This document shows, piece after piece, positions 26,668-34,450 of a DNA stretch of 34,925 nt; within the stretch, counting starts at the first letter, position 1; the number at the start of each line of letters is the position of its first letter. The translations under genes were made by a program, and so were the position numbers. Under the pieces are notes generated by a model. The model saw only the letters and a list, made by a program, of their open reading frames with translations. It searched no databases and was not told the DNA's origin. The DNA comes from a virus (taxonomy: Duplodnaviria > Caudoviricetes): positions 1 through 34,925 of the IMG/VR virus record IMGVR_UViG_3300007988_001053. The stretch is one strand, 5' to 3'.

Positions 26668-27569
26668 TGCCCATCCTCGTATTTCTTATCCAGAGCCTTT
26701 AAAAAATTCTGTTTCTTCGCCAGCCAATGCAGATCAAACCAGTGCGTATCATCCGCCGTTAAAATCGGGCAACGCGTCGCCAGGTACGAAAAAAACTTAC
26801 GCCACCACAACAAACCAGAGGCCCGGTCGTGATAAAGCATCCGCTCGCCACTGCTGTGCTCAATATCAGCCGCCTGTTTCCAGCGATTTGCTAAATTCCG
26901 CGCCGACTGACTCTTAACCCAAACACCCCGCTTAGGCTGCCGACACTGCGGCAGCAACTCAGCCCACAGCGCCAGAATCTCGGCATGAGGACAATCACCA
27001 ACACCACGCCCGGCAGGTGCAGCAACCGCAGGTTCTGCACACTCTCCTTTAGGAGAGTTATTATTGTTATATTGAGGTGTGGGGTTCATGCCGTGGGGTT
27101 CCTGTGTGGCTCCTGATTCATAAGTCGTTGAATTATCAGAGGTTTCCTGTGTGGTTCCCTCCGTGGTGTTCCTGTGTGGTTCCTCATTCGCCCGGACTAA
27201 TACAAGGTGTGCCAATGGCAGTCGAAAAACCATGGCATCACCGATAGCGCCACCCTGATTAACCCTAACAACCAACCCTGCCGCCTCCAGACGCCGCAAA
27301 GCCGCCCTTATCTGCTCCCGCCCAAACCGCTGCGCCGCCGCCGTACTTCCACGAGCCCTATGCTCTTCCAGCAATTCCGAAAACTGCTGGTAACTAACCC
27401 GCCGCCGAACACCAACCACCCCGGTGCTAAAATCCATATGCCGCCGCAGCCCACGCAAATACAAAACCTGATCCGAGTGCGGCATGTACTGCAACGCCGC
27501 GTCCTCTTCCTCATTCCACTGCCAAAAAAGCCCGGAATAGCCGCCCCGGATGCTCACAACATCACCCAC
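26664..27569 (-). CDS. Replication initiator (O-like)
   Basis: GTG at 27569 with a GGGAG RBS. N-terminal winged-helix-like region, central iterons, C-terminal CPHAEILALW...FDLHWL..QNF.K. Coupled to dnaB. Confidence 0.8.
   Translation of the reverse strand: MGDVVSIRGGYSGLFWQWNEEEDAALQYMPHSDQVLYLRGLRRHMDFSTGVVGVRRRVSYQQFSELLEEHRARGSTAAAQRFGREQIRAALRRLEAAGLVVRVNQGGAIGDAMVFRLPLAHLVLVRANEEPHRNTTEGTTQETSDNSTTYESGATQEPHGMNPTPQYNNNNSPKGECAEPAVAAPAGRGVGDCPHAEILALWAELLPQCRQPKRGVWVKSQSARNLANRWKQAADIEHSSGERMLYHDRASGLLWWRKFFSYLATRCPILTADDTHWFDLHWLAKKQNFLKALDKKYEDGQ
27056..27184. repeat. Replication origin iterons and AT-rich tract inside the initiator gene
   Basis: TTCCTGTGTGG(C/T)TCC at 27099-27113, 27144-27158 and 27169-27183; AT-rich tract at about 27058-27073. 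Confidence 0.75.
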
Positions 27570-27588
27570 AGCACACTCCCAAAAAAAT

Positions 27589-27624
27589 CGAAAATTCCGC
27601 CGAAATTCGGCGCGAAAATTCCGC
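27589..27624. repeat. Three tandem 12-bp units between cII and the initiator
   Basis: CGAAAATTCCGC / CGAAATTCGGCG / CGAAAATTCCGC. Confidence 0.7.
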
Positions 27625-27643
27625 AAATCCCAAGGCCAACACC

Positions 27644-28114
27644 CTACCCACGCATCGCAGAAACGAGCGACACCATACGATGCTGCGCCTCAACCAGCTG
27701 ACGCTTAGCTTTGCTGATCTCAAGCCATTCCTGAGAGTTGATTTTGTTATCCGCCGCAGCGGCCTGAATGGTCGAAACCAGGTTACTGAAGCGCTGCAGC
27801 GTCGAGGCTAACTCCGTCATCAGGTCGGAATCTTCCAGTTCAACAGGATCTGTCGGCACAAACACCCCGCCGGCAGCCTCAGCAACGGCCTGCGCCGTAT
27901 GCCGCCCACCCGTCCACTCAATCAGCATTTCGAACTGATCGAGGTTCATCGTGTGAGAACCGCGCTTTGTATCGCAGGTATAGTTTTTAACAGTCTGCGG
28001 ATGACGCACACCGATCACCTCGTGCGCCAGCGCCATACCTTTGCGCATCTGCTGAATATCAAAACGAATTGCAGCCCGGATAGAAGTACCCGGTTTCATT
28101 AAGTTAACGCCCAT
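27644..28114 (-). CDS. CII-like regulator (YmfL/CP76 type)
   Basis: Follows cro; AEAAGGVFVP and AADNKINSQEW motifs; AGGGGG RBS. Confidence 0.75.
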   Translation of the reverse strand: MGVNLMKPGTSIRAAIRFDIQQMRKGMALAHEVIGVRHPQTVKNYTCDTKRGSHTMNLDQFEMLIEWTGGRHTAQAVAEAAGGVFVPTDPVELEDSDLMTELASTLQRFSNLVSTIQAAAADNKINSQEWLEISKAKRQLVEAQHRMVSLVSAMRG

Positions 28115-28144
28115 GCGCTACCCCCTGAAAAATATAAAACGTGG

Positions 28145-28363
28145 TTAAGCGCTGGCGCGCTGGTCAGAATGAATACAGGCAGAAGCGTCGATGGCAGCCA
28201 TATACAGCGCCTCGATCTTTTTGCCTTTGTCATAACTGGTACCAGAGCCAGTCTTAATCCTATGAACAGTCGGTTGTGTAATACCCACACGCAGGGCGAT
28301 CTCAGACTCAGACATCCCCCCTTTGATGAGGCTAATAACCATGTCAGTTGCTGAAAGTTGCAT
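28145..28363 (-). CDS. cro: Cro-like repressor
   Basis: Small HTH protein (GMSESEIALRVGITQPTVHRIKTG) divergent from cI. Start is ATG 28363 or GTG 28372. Confidence 0.85.
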   Translation of the reverse strand: MQLSATDMVISLIKGGMSESEIALRVGITQPTVHRIKTGSGTSYDKGKKIEALYMAAIDASACIHSDQRASA

Positions 28364-28373
28364 TCTTTCCACC

Positions 28374-28461
28374 TATACGCAAACGGATAGGGCGAAAATA
28401 TACCAATACGGATATTCGTTGCAACCACTTTCTGTAATTGCTCAAAATACGGAAATGAATA
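28374..28461. promoter_or_regulatory. OR-like operator triplet and pR
   Basis: TATACG-CAAA-CGGATA (28374-28389), TATACC-AATA-CGGATA (28399-28414), AATACG-GAAA-TGAATA (28446-28461). Minus-strand TTGCAA (28419-28424), 16 bp, TATATT (28397-28402) with an extended TG. Confidence 0.8.
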
Positions 28462-29102
28462 GTGAAAAAATAAAGACCCGCCTAAATCGTATGCTTAGAC
28501 TCGCTGGAATCAGCGAGGCTGAACTTGCTCGTCGCGCAAAAATGAATCAACCGACAGTTCACCGCATAATGGCGGGAGACAGCTCAGACCCTCGACTGAG
28601 CAACCTGATCACCCTCGCCAACGCAATGGGCTATAAGCTTGACGACCTGATAGCAGAACACTCCCCGCTAGATTGCAACGGCGTTAAGGACTCAGGAAAA
28701 ACATACACCCAAAGAAACCCTGACGAAGTTAAGCTATACACAACAAGACAACTGGATAAGAGTGAAACGAGCGAGAAATACATCACCTGCCCATTCCCTC
28801 ACGGGCCTAACACCTACGCATTTACCGTAGAAGGAATGCAGGGCAGCCCCACGCCCATGCACTCGCAATATGGCCGCGCATACCCCATTGGCTCTGTGGT
28901 GTTTGTAGACCCCGATCTGGCAGACCAGGTAAGGAACGGCGACCCGGTAGCCGCCATGCTGACAGACGAAAACGCGTTTTGCTTCCGCATGCTGTACCGC
29001 GAAGGCGGCACCGAGATACTGATGCCGCTTAACCCGCAATTCCCGTCAGTTTCCCGACCTTACAAGATAATAGGCAAGGTTATTGGGGCGATCCTTCCCT
29101 AG
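28455..29102 (+). CDS. cI: CI-like repressor (HTH plus degenerate S24 domain)
   Basis: HTH ISEAELARRAKMNQPTVHRI; S24-like C-terminus (AFTVEG, GSVVFVDP, LMPLNPQFP, IIGKV). ATG at 28455 is preferred over 28323. Confidence 0.9.
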   Translation: MNSEKIKTRLNRMLRLAGISEAELARRAKMNQPTVHRIMAGDSSDPRLSNLITLANAMGYKLDDLIAEHSPLDCNGVKDSGKTYTQRNPDEVKLYTTRQLDKSETSEKYITCPFPHGPNTYAFTVEGMQGSPTPMHSQYGRAYPIGSVVFVDPDLADQVRNGDPVAAMLTDENAFCFRMLYREGGTEILMPLNPQFPSVSRPYKIIGKVIGAILP

Positions 29103-30261
29103 TGGGAGTGCGACCCGGTAACATCGCTACACGCAGGCACAGAAGAAAATGCCGCTCACTAACAATTGACAACGCCAGCCCACGCTCATCCCGATAAGCA
29201 ACCGCTTTATCAATCTGCTTAATATAGGGGCCATAACGCCAAGCACCTTCCGCTCCCGCGCCCAAAACCAAATAGCTGGTTTTAAGTGTTACGTTCTTCG
29301 AAGACAGCGCTCCCAATCCAGCAATAGCCGATAATGATGCTGATGACTCACAACCAATAAAGGTAAAAACCGCCCTGTTAAATACAATAATAGGCATAGG
29401 CTCATCAAACGGTAATGGGCCAGACAGAACAGCAAGCTCAGCCTCTCGCTCAAGCTCCTTATCCCTTTTAACCTGATACAAAGCATGGGCTGACTTAAGA
29501 ACTTCAAACGTCAAAAAACAGTCCGACAACGCCTCATGATCCTGCTTATCTGAAATCCCAAGACAACGCACAACATCAATCAGCTTATAAGATGGGAAAT
29601 CCCACACTTCGCGCGCCAGCCTGAGCGCACAGTAAAAATCATTGGGCAGCGACAACCCCAGAACACGACAAGAAGTGGCAATGAACGAATAATCAAAATC
29701 AGCGTTATAAGCCACCACCGGAAGCGCACCCGCAAACTCTGTGAAACCAGCAATTGCCTCACGCTCACCTACCCCCTGACGGGACAATAGCAAATCTGTA
29801 ATACCATTAACGCGCCCTGCTGCAACAGGCATGCTTATTGGTATTCTTATATATCGGGAATACTGATCAACAACCACGCCATTACGCACCCGAATAGCAC
29901 CGATCTGGGCAATGTAATCACAGCCAGGATCAAAACCGGTCGTCTCAACATCAGCAATAACAAACTCTGGGATCAGCTCATCACGGACAGCCGGACAATA
30001 CTCCCGGACTACAGGTCGACCAACGGCACTCCTGGCAACCCTCACACCCGACTTAACACGCCGTGAAACAGAACGCTCAACCTTTGCGGCCCGATCAATA
30101 CCCTGCTTTCCAGACGGCTGCGCATTAGACAAAACGGAAACCGCAAAAAACGCAGTGACCAACACCGTCAGCCACTCAGAAAAGCCACCATCACCCCCAA
30201 TCAGCAAACCAAGTAAATAAACCACAACTACAAAAACCACTACCTGACGCATCCATTTCAC
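29080..30261 (-). CDS. Membrane-anchored DEDDh 3'-5' exonuclease with C-terminal BRCT-like domain
   Basis: Two N-terminal hydrophobic helices; ADVETTG, AYNADFD, HEALSD; BRCT-like FTFIG...VTLKTSYLVLG...IDKA...IVSERHF; AGGGAGG RBS. Confidence 0.85.
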   Translation of the reverse strand: MKWMRQVVVFVVVVYLLGLLIGGDGGFSEWLTVLVTAFFAVSVLSNAQPSGKQGIDRAAKVERSVSRRVKSGVRVARSAVGRPVVREYCPAVRDELIPEFVIADVETTGFDPGCDYIAQIGAIRVRNGVVVDQYSRYIRIPISMPVAAGRVNGITDLLLSRQGVGEREAIAGFTEFAGALPVVAYNADFDYSFIATSCRVLGLSLPNDFYCALRLAREVWDFPSYKLIDVVRCLGISDKQDHEALSDCFLTFEVLKSAHALYQVKRDKELEREAELAVLSGPLPFDEPMPIIVFNRAVFTFIGCESSASLSAIAGLGALSSKNVTLKTSYLVLGAGAEGAWRYGPYIKQIDKAVAYRDERGLALSIVSERHFLLCLRVAMLPGRTPTREGSPQ

Positions 30262-30291
30262 AGAAGCAACCTCCCTATTAAGTAGCCCTCA

Positions 30292-30320
30292 ATACTACCA
30301 ACCCAACGAACTCTTTTAAA
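30292..30320 (-). promoter_or_regulatory. Candidate promoter for the exonuclease-BRCT gene
   Basis: Minus strand TTTAAA (30315-30320), 17 bp, TAGTAT (30292-30297) with an extended TG; abuts the first OL operator. Confidence 0.5.
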
Positions 30321-30324
30321 AAAA

Positions 30325-30382
30325 TATCCATTTGCGTATTGACGAGAATACGCAATCGTATTTTACTATCCGCAAATGTATA
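30325..30382 (+). promoter_or_regulatory. OL-like operator triplet and pL-like early promoter
   Basis: TATCCA-TTTG-CGTATT (30325-30340), AATACG-CAAT-CGTATT (30347-30362), TATCCG-CAAA-TGTATA (30367-30382). -35 TTGACG at 30339-30344; -10 either TTTACT or TACTAT. Confidence 0.8.
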
Positions 30383-30393
30383 GAGGACGCCAC

Positions 30394-30585
30394 ATGATCA
30401 CCATCCACCCAGCACTGTTCGAGCAAGCCGATTGGCAGCAAGCCATCGACACACTGGAAGCCGAAACCGGGCGCGTGGCGACCATCGGCAACCCATACGC
30501 AACGTTGCAGCCAATGCATGCAACAGCCGCAACACTGCCACGCAACGCCAGCGAAACAGCACAGCAACAGGAGCAACGGGCATGA
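30394..30585 (+). CDS. Hypothetical early protein, 63 aa
   Basis: GAGG RBS; first gene after pL; ATGA overlap with the next gene. Confidence 0.7.
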   Translation: MITIHPALFEQADWQQAIDTLEAETGRVATIGNPYATLQPMHATAATLPRNASETAQQQEQRA

Positions 30586-30875
30586 AAGAGCGCACCTTCC
30601 GCATTGCCGGCCAAAGCTGGATAGCCAGCCGCACCACAGGCCAGGCAACCATCCGTTTAGCTGGCGGCGGCATCGTCATTACCGAAGCACTGGCCAACAT
30701 CCAGCTGCCGAAGCCCGAATGCCTGTTCTTTGGCAACGCCCTGCTGCGCGACACCCAAAACCCCGGCGAGCTGCAGGAGCTGTTCAGTTTCTGCCATTCG
30801 CCCCGCTGGCCAGCCAGCAGCCCAATGGCCGCGATACGCCGCCAGATGGAAACCCCGAATCACACAGCACCCTGA
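30582..30875 (+). CDS. Hypothetical early protein, 97 aa
   Basis: AGGAG RBS and ATGA overlap; starts MKERTFRIAG. Confidence 0.7.
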   Translation: MKERTFRIAGQSWIASRTTGQATIRLAGGGIVITEALANIQLPKPECLFFGNALLRDTQNPGELQELFSFCHSPRWPASSPMAAIRRQMETPNHTAP

Positions 30876-30940
30876 GTGAAAGGCCAGCAGGACGCTGGCC
30901 GAAACCAGCAATAAAAACACCCCAACAACAGGACATGAAT

Positions 30941-31438
30941 ATGAGAATAGCCACCCCAAACGAGAATGATATTAACGGCGCGCTGGAAGTTGCGCGAGCT
31001 CTGGACGAGATCAGCAATGGTTGGTTTCCGTCGAATGATGCTGATGGAGACGTTGAGTTCGACATCGACGACGGTGACGACTGCCGCAAAGCACTGGACA
31101 TGCTCATTGATATTGAAAACAAGTGCAGCCTCATGCGCGCAGCCATGACCACTCTGGTTCTGTGTGACCCGAGAAACAAAGTAATCGACCACAGCATTGA
31201 CTATGTGGATCACCATCCGGAAATAAAAGCAGCCGTTGAACTGAAAACAAAAATCGACAGTTTTAAAGACCAGTCATTTTTTGCCGGTGCGAAGTTTGAA
31301 TTGCGAGGCAAAACATACGACTTGGCCGCTATCGATTTCCAAGAGGCCTTGGTCGCTTACAGCGTAGACGATGACGAAGACCTGAAGTGGGCGCGCTGGG
31401 AAAACATCACCCTGATTAAAAATCAGGAGGCAGCATGA
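30941..31438 (+). CDS. Hypothetical acidic early protein, about 165 aa
   Basis: AGGA RBS before ATG 30941; coupled to the next gene. Confidence 0.7.
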   Translation: MRIATPNENDINGALEVARALDEISNGWFPSNDADGDVEFDIDDGDDCRKALDMLIDIENKCSLMRAAMTTLVLCDPRNKVIDHSIDYVDHHPEIKAAVELKTKIDSFKDQSFFAGAKFELRGKTYDLAAIDFQEALVAYSVDDDEDLKWARWENITLIKNQEAA

Positions 31439-32046
31439 ACAAGCAAAAAACCATCGAAATAGCCCAATGGATACGCGATAACTGCATCGTTATCGACACC
31501 GAAACCACCGGGCTGGGTGAAAGCGACACCATCATCCAGCTGGCCGCCGTATGCCCGAAAACACGCAAAGAGCTGCTGGATACACTGGTGCAGCCTCAGT
31601 CACCAATGAGCGCTGCCGCGGAAAAAACACACAGCATCAGCCTGCAGTTAGCATTCAATCGCGGCCAGTTCGCCATCCCTGTAATGCTCGAATTGGCAAA
31701 TGAACTCAAGAGAACAAGCCGCTACATCGCCGCATTTAACCGTCAGTTTGATGCGCGGATGATCCAGCAAACTGCATTTCGTTCAGCCGGCCCGCAAGCG
31801 ATTGACGCGGCCATCTACGCCACCCGCGAAGCCGACGGCACCACCTGCATCATGGAGCTGGCCAACCGCTACCTGCATGAACACCTGGAATGGGATGCCG
31901 AACAGTCCAAATTCAAGCGCCTGTCGCTGGAAAAGTGCCTGCAAATCTCCGGCCTTCAGCGCGAAGGCCAAGCCCACCGCGCCCTGAGTGACACCCTCGC
32001 CGCGACCGACCTCCTGAACTACATCGCAGAAGGAAAGCAGCCATGA
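31435..32046 (+). CDS. DEDDh 3'-5' exonuclease (DnaQ-like)
   Basis: IDTETTG, AFNRQFD and HRALSD motifs. Confidence 0.92.
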   Translation: MNKQKTIEIAQWIRDNCIVIDTETTGLGESDTIIQLAAVCPKTRKELLDTLVQPQSPMSAAAEKTHSISLQLAFNRGQFAIPVMLELANELKRTSRYIAAFNRQFDARMIQQTAFRSAGPQAIDAAIYATREADGTTCIMELANRYLHEHLEWDAEQSKFKRLSLEKCLQISGLQREGQAHRALSDTLAATDLLNYIAEGKQP

Positions 32047-32222
32047 CCGACGCACCAGAAATCATCACCCTGCGCCGCCTTCACGCAGACGAAGCAACCG
32101 CACCCGGTGACCGCATTCTGTGCGATGGCCACTTCTACCCGCTGTCATTGCACGGCGAAAAAGCCCGCGAGTTTGACGTAGCCATTTACCGCGAAACCGA
32201 CTCACAGGAAACCGCCGCATGA
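32043..32222 (+). CDS. Hypothetical protein, 59 aa (not in ORF track)
   Basis: MTDAPEIITLRRLHADEATAPGDRILCDGHFYPLSLHGEKAREFDVAIYRETDSQETAA, with ATGA overlaps at both ends. Confidence 0.75.
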   Translation: MTDAPEIITLRRLHADEATAPGDRILCDGHFYPLSLHGEKAREFDVAIYRETDSQETAA

Positions 32223-33166
32223 TCTGGCTGACTGGCATCACCGGAACAGTACTGGCACTCGTCAGCATCGCCTGTTCTGCAATCTTGTGGAGCAGTTATG
32301 CCGTCAGCACGCTGGATACCGTCATCGCATCGGCCACCGCTGCTGCGCTGGTGCTCTGCCAGTACCTGTTTTTCATCAACGCCCGACACCACAGCGGCGC
32401 CGTTAAACACGCACACCGCGCCGCCGTGGCCGTACTCTTTATTACCAGCTGCGCAGCCACTATCGGCTGGCTCGAAAGCCGCTATCAGGCCAACAGCCGC
32501 GCCGAACTGCATACAGACAGCAGCTACACAATCCAGCAAGGCACCCAACAGCAGCGCCTTGCCGACCTTACCGACAGCATCCAGCAGCTGCGCACACTGG
32601 CCGCCATCGACGCCGAAAACGGCTACCGCACCCGCGCCGCCCGCCTGTTGCGCCAGGCACAACAACAAGACGACACCCGCGCCGAGATCCTGCGCGAACT
32701 GAACAGCCTGAACCATCAGACCAGCACATCATCCAGCAACGCCGGTACCGCCCTTGCCAACGGCCTGAACAGCTGGCGCTGGCTGCTATGGGTATTACTG
32801 GCCCAACTGGTAGACCTCTGCCCAATGCTCTGTTTCGCCCACGTTGCACGCTCATTTTCACCAGTGCAACGCACTACAGACACCACCGAAACAGCCGCTG
32901 AAACACCGGCAACAACACAGCCGAAACCCGCGCCAGCACTGCCTGCAACAGCCGAAACACACCCGGCAACGGAACACATTCAGGCGCGCATCAGCAACGG
33001 CGAAACCCCGGCAATGCGCAGCTTTATCGGCAACGAATTCAACGGCAAAAAACTCCGCCATGCCGACCTGACCCAGATTTTTACCACCCTGGAAAAGCGC
33101 GGAATCATCCGCCGCCAGGGCAACCGATTTGAACCAACCGAACCGACAAAAAAGGAGGCCGCATGA
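32219..33166 (+). CDS. Multi-TM coiled-coil protein with C-terminal winged-helix-like domain
   Basis: Three N-terminal hydrophobic helices, a Gln-rich coiled coil, a fourth TM, a Pro/Thr/Ala linker, then LTQIFTTLEKRGIIRRQGNRF. Confidence 0.7.
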   Translation: MIWLTGITGTVLALVSIACSAILWSSYAVSTLDTVIASATAAALVLCQYLFFINARHHSGAVKHAHRAAVAVLFITSCAATIGWLESRYQANSRAELHTDSSYTIQQGTQQQRLADLTDSIQQLRTLAAIDAENGYRTRAARLLRQAQQQDDTRAEILRELNSLNHQTSTSSSNAGTALANGLNSWRWLLWVLLAQLVDLCPMLCFAHVARSFSPVQRTTDTTETAAETPATTQPKPAPALPATAETHPATEHIQARISNGETPAMRSFIGNEFNGKKLRHADLTQIFTTLEKRGIIRRQGNRFEPTEPTKKEAA

Positions 33167-33426
33167 AGCGCCACGACAACGACATGACCCCGGAACAAGT
33201 GGCTGAGCATGTGGCCGCATTCCTGAAAAAAGGCGGAACCATTGACAAAAAACCCTACGGCCCCGACGCACTGCCGGAAGAAGGTTTTATAACCGCAGCC
33301 GAACGAAAACGGCTTGACGCCGCGCGCAAGCGCGCCAGCAAAACCAGCGGATGGAAAAAATCGAACCGGACAATCGCAAAAGTTAAAACGCGGAAAGCGG
33401 CGAAGAGAGAGGAAGTAGCGGCATGA
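33163..33426 (+). CDS. SutA-like (RNAP-binding domain) small basic protein
   Basis: EQVAEHVAAFLKKGGTIDK resembles the recalled SutA core ALAKAMEEFLSRGGKVQE. Confidence 0.55.
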   Translation: MKRHDNDMTPEQVAEHVAAFLKKGGTIDKKPYGPDALPEEGFITAAERKRLDAARKRASKTSGWKKSNRTIAKVKTRKAAKREEVAA

Positions 33427-34139
33427 ATTCAAACAATGAACGGATCATGGCAAAAATCAGAAAGTGCCTTGCGCTCAGCAAATCAGACAACGAGCACGAA
33501 GCCGCAGCAGCTCTTCGCCAGGCAAAAGCTCTGATGGAAAAGCACAAACTGGAAATGTCAGATATCGAGCAATCCAAAACTCAGGTTTACATTGACGAAA
33601 ATGGAAAACCAAGTTCTCGCCCGCCCCTCTGGCTAAACAGTCTTCATTCAGTTGTTGCTGCAGCCTTTGGATGCTCCGCATTCTCCCTTGGCGGTCAACC
33701 ACTATTTGTCGGAGAAGCACCCGCACCAGAAATAGCGGCCTATGCATCAAAGGTACTCGAAGCTCAGCTGCGAAAAAATAAAGACCAGTATCTTGCTGAT
33801 ATTCGCAAATCAGCAAATGAGCACAGCAAAAAAATCAAAAGAACACACATGACCGCCCTCGGAAAAGGATTCGCAGAGGGTTGGGTATACGGGTGTCAAA
33901 GAGTTGTAGAACGATTTGCAGGCGAATTGCCAGACGAGATAGCACGGCAACACAAAGAGCGGGTAAGCAGTTATTTCTCAGCTCCGGTCGTCGAGCGCCA
34001 TCAGAAAAGCGCAGCAGAATCCTCTATTGGAAAAATGGCACTGGCCGATGGCTATCGGCGCGGAAAAGAGGCCCAGATTCACGCCGGCATGAGTGCCGAT
34101 GAAGGCCCAGCAAGGCTGAGCCATAGAGCTTCATTATGA
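33423..34139 (+). CDS. DUF2786-domain protein
   Basis: ERIMAKIRKCLALSKSDNEHEAAAALRQAKALMEKH N-terminus. Confidence 0.85.
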   Translation: MNSNNERIMAKIRKCLALSKSDNEHEAAAALRQAKALMEKHKLEMSDIEQSKTQVYIDENGKPSSRPPLWLNSLHSVVAAAFGCSAFSLGGQPLFVGEAPAPEIAAYASKVLEAQLRKNKDQYLADIRKSANEHSKKIKRTHMTALGKGFAEGWVYGCQRVVERFAGELPDEIARQHKERVSSYFSAPVVERHQKSAAESSIGKMALADGYRRGKEAQIHAGMSADEGPARLSHRASL

Positions 34140-34450
34140 ACAACTGGCCAGAACACAAGCCGTTTAAAACCCGCTGCGGTTCATGGCGGATCAATAGCCT
34201 TCACAGCTTCTACGAACAAGACGGCAAAGGCGAACTCACACCGCCCGAAAAGGAATTACTGGCAAAAATGTACTGGGCAGGCGGATCAATAAAACAGATG
34301 CACGCCGCACCAGGACTGACCGGACTTAAGCAACGAAAGTACGCAATAGAAACGAACATAGGACACTGGGCAGAAGACACCATAAACCTGACCAGCAAAG
34401 GCTACAAAGCAGCCGCTGAATTGCTGCAAATGAAGACAGGGTTATTTTAA
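34136..34450 (+). CDS. Hypothetical protein, 104 aa
   Basis: ATGA and TAATG coupling within the early operon. Confidence 0.65.
   Translation: MNNWPEHKPFKTRCGSWRINSLHSFYEQDGKGELTPPEKELLAKMYWAGGSIKQMHAAPGLTGLKQRKYAIETNIGHWAEDTINLTSKGYKAAAELLQMKTGLF

Noticed and set aside
28323-28454. Extended N-termini given by the ORF track (cI from 28323; likewise 24833, 27626, 17111, 30432, 30518)
   Set aside because: The extensions overlap operators, terminators or neighbouring genes; downstream starts fit the RBS or domain boundaries better.
30872-30905. Hammerhead-ribozyme-like string CTGAGTGA-AA-GGCCAGC-AGGAC-GCTGGCC-GAAAC in an early-operon spacer
   Set aside because: The core has extra bases relative to CUGANGA, and no stem III partner or NUH cleavage triplet was found on either side. 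At most a degenerate relic or a plain hairpin; an Infernal/Rfam scan would settle it.
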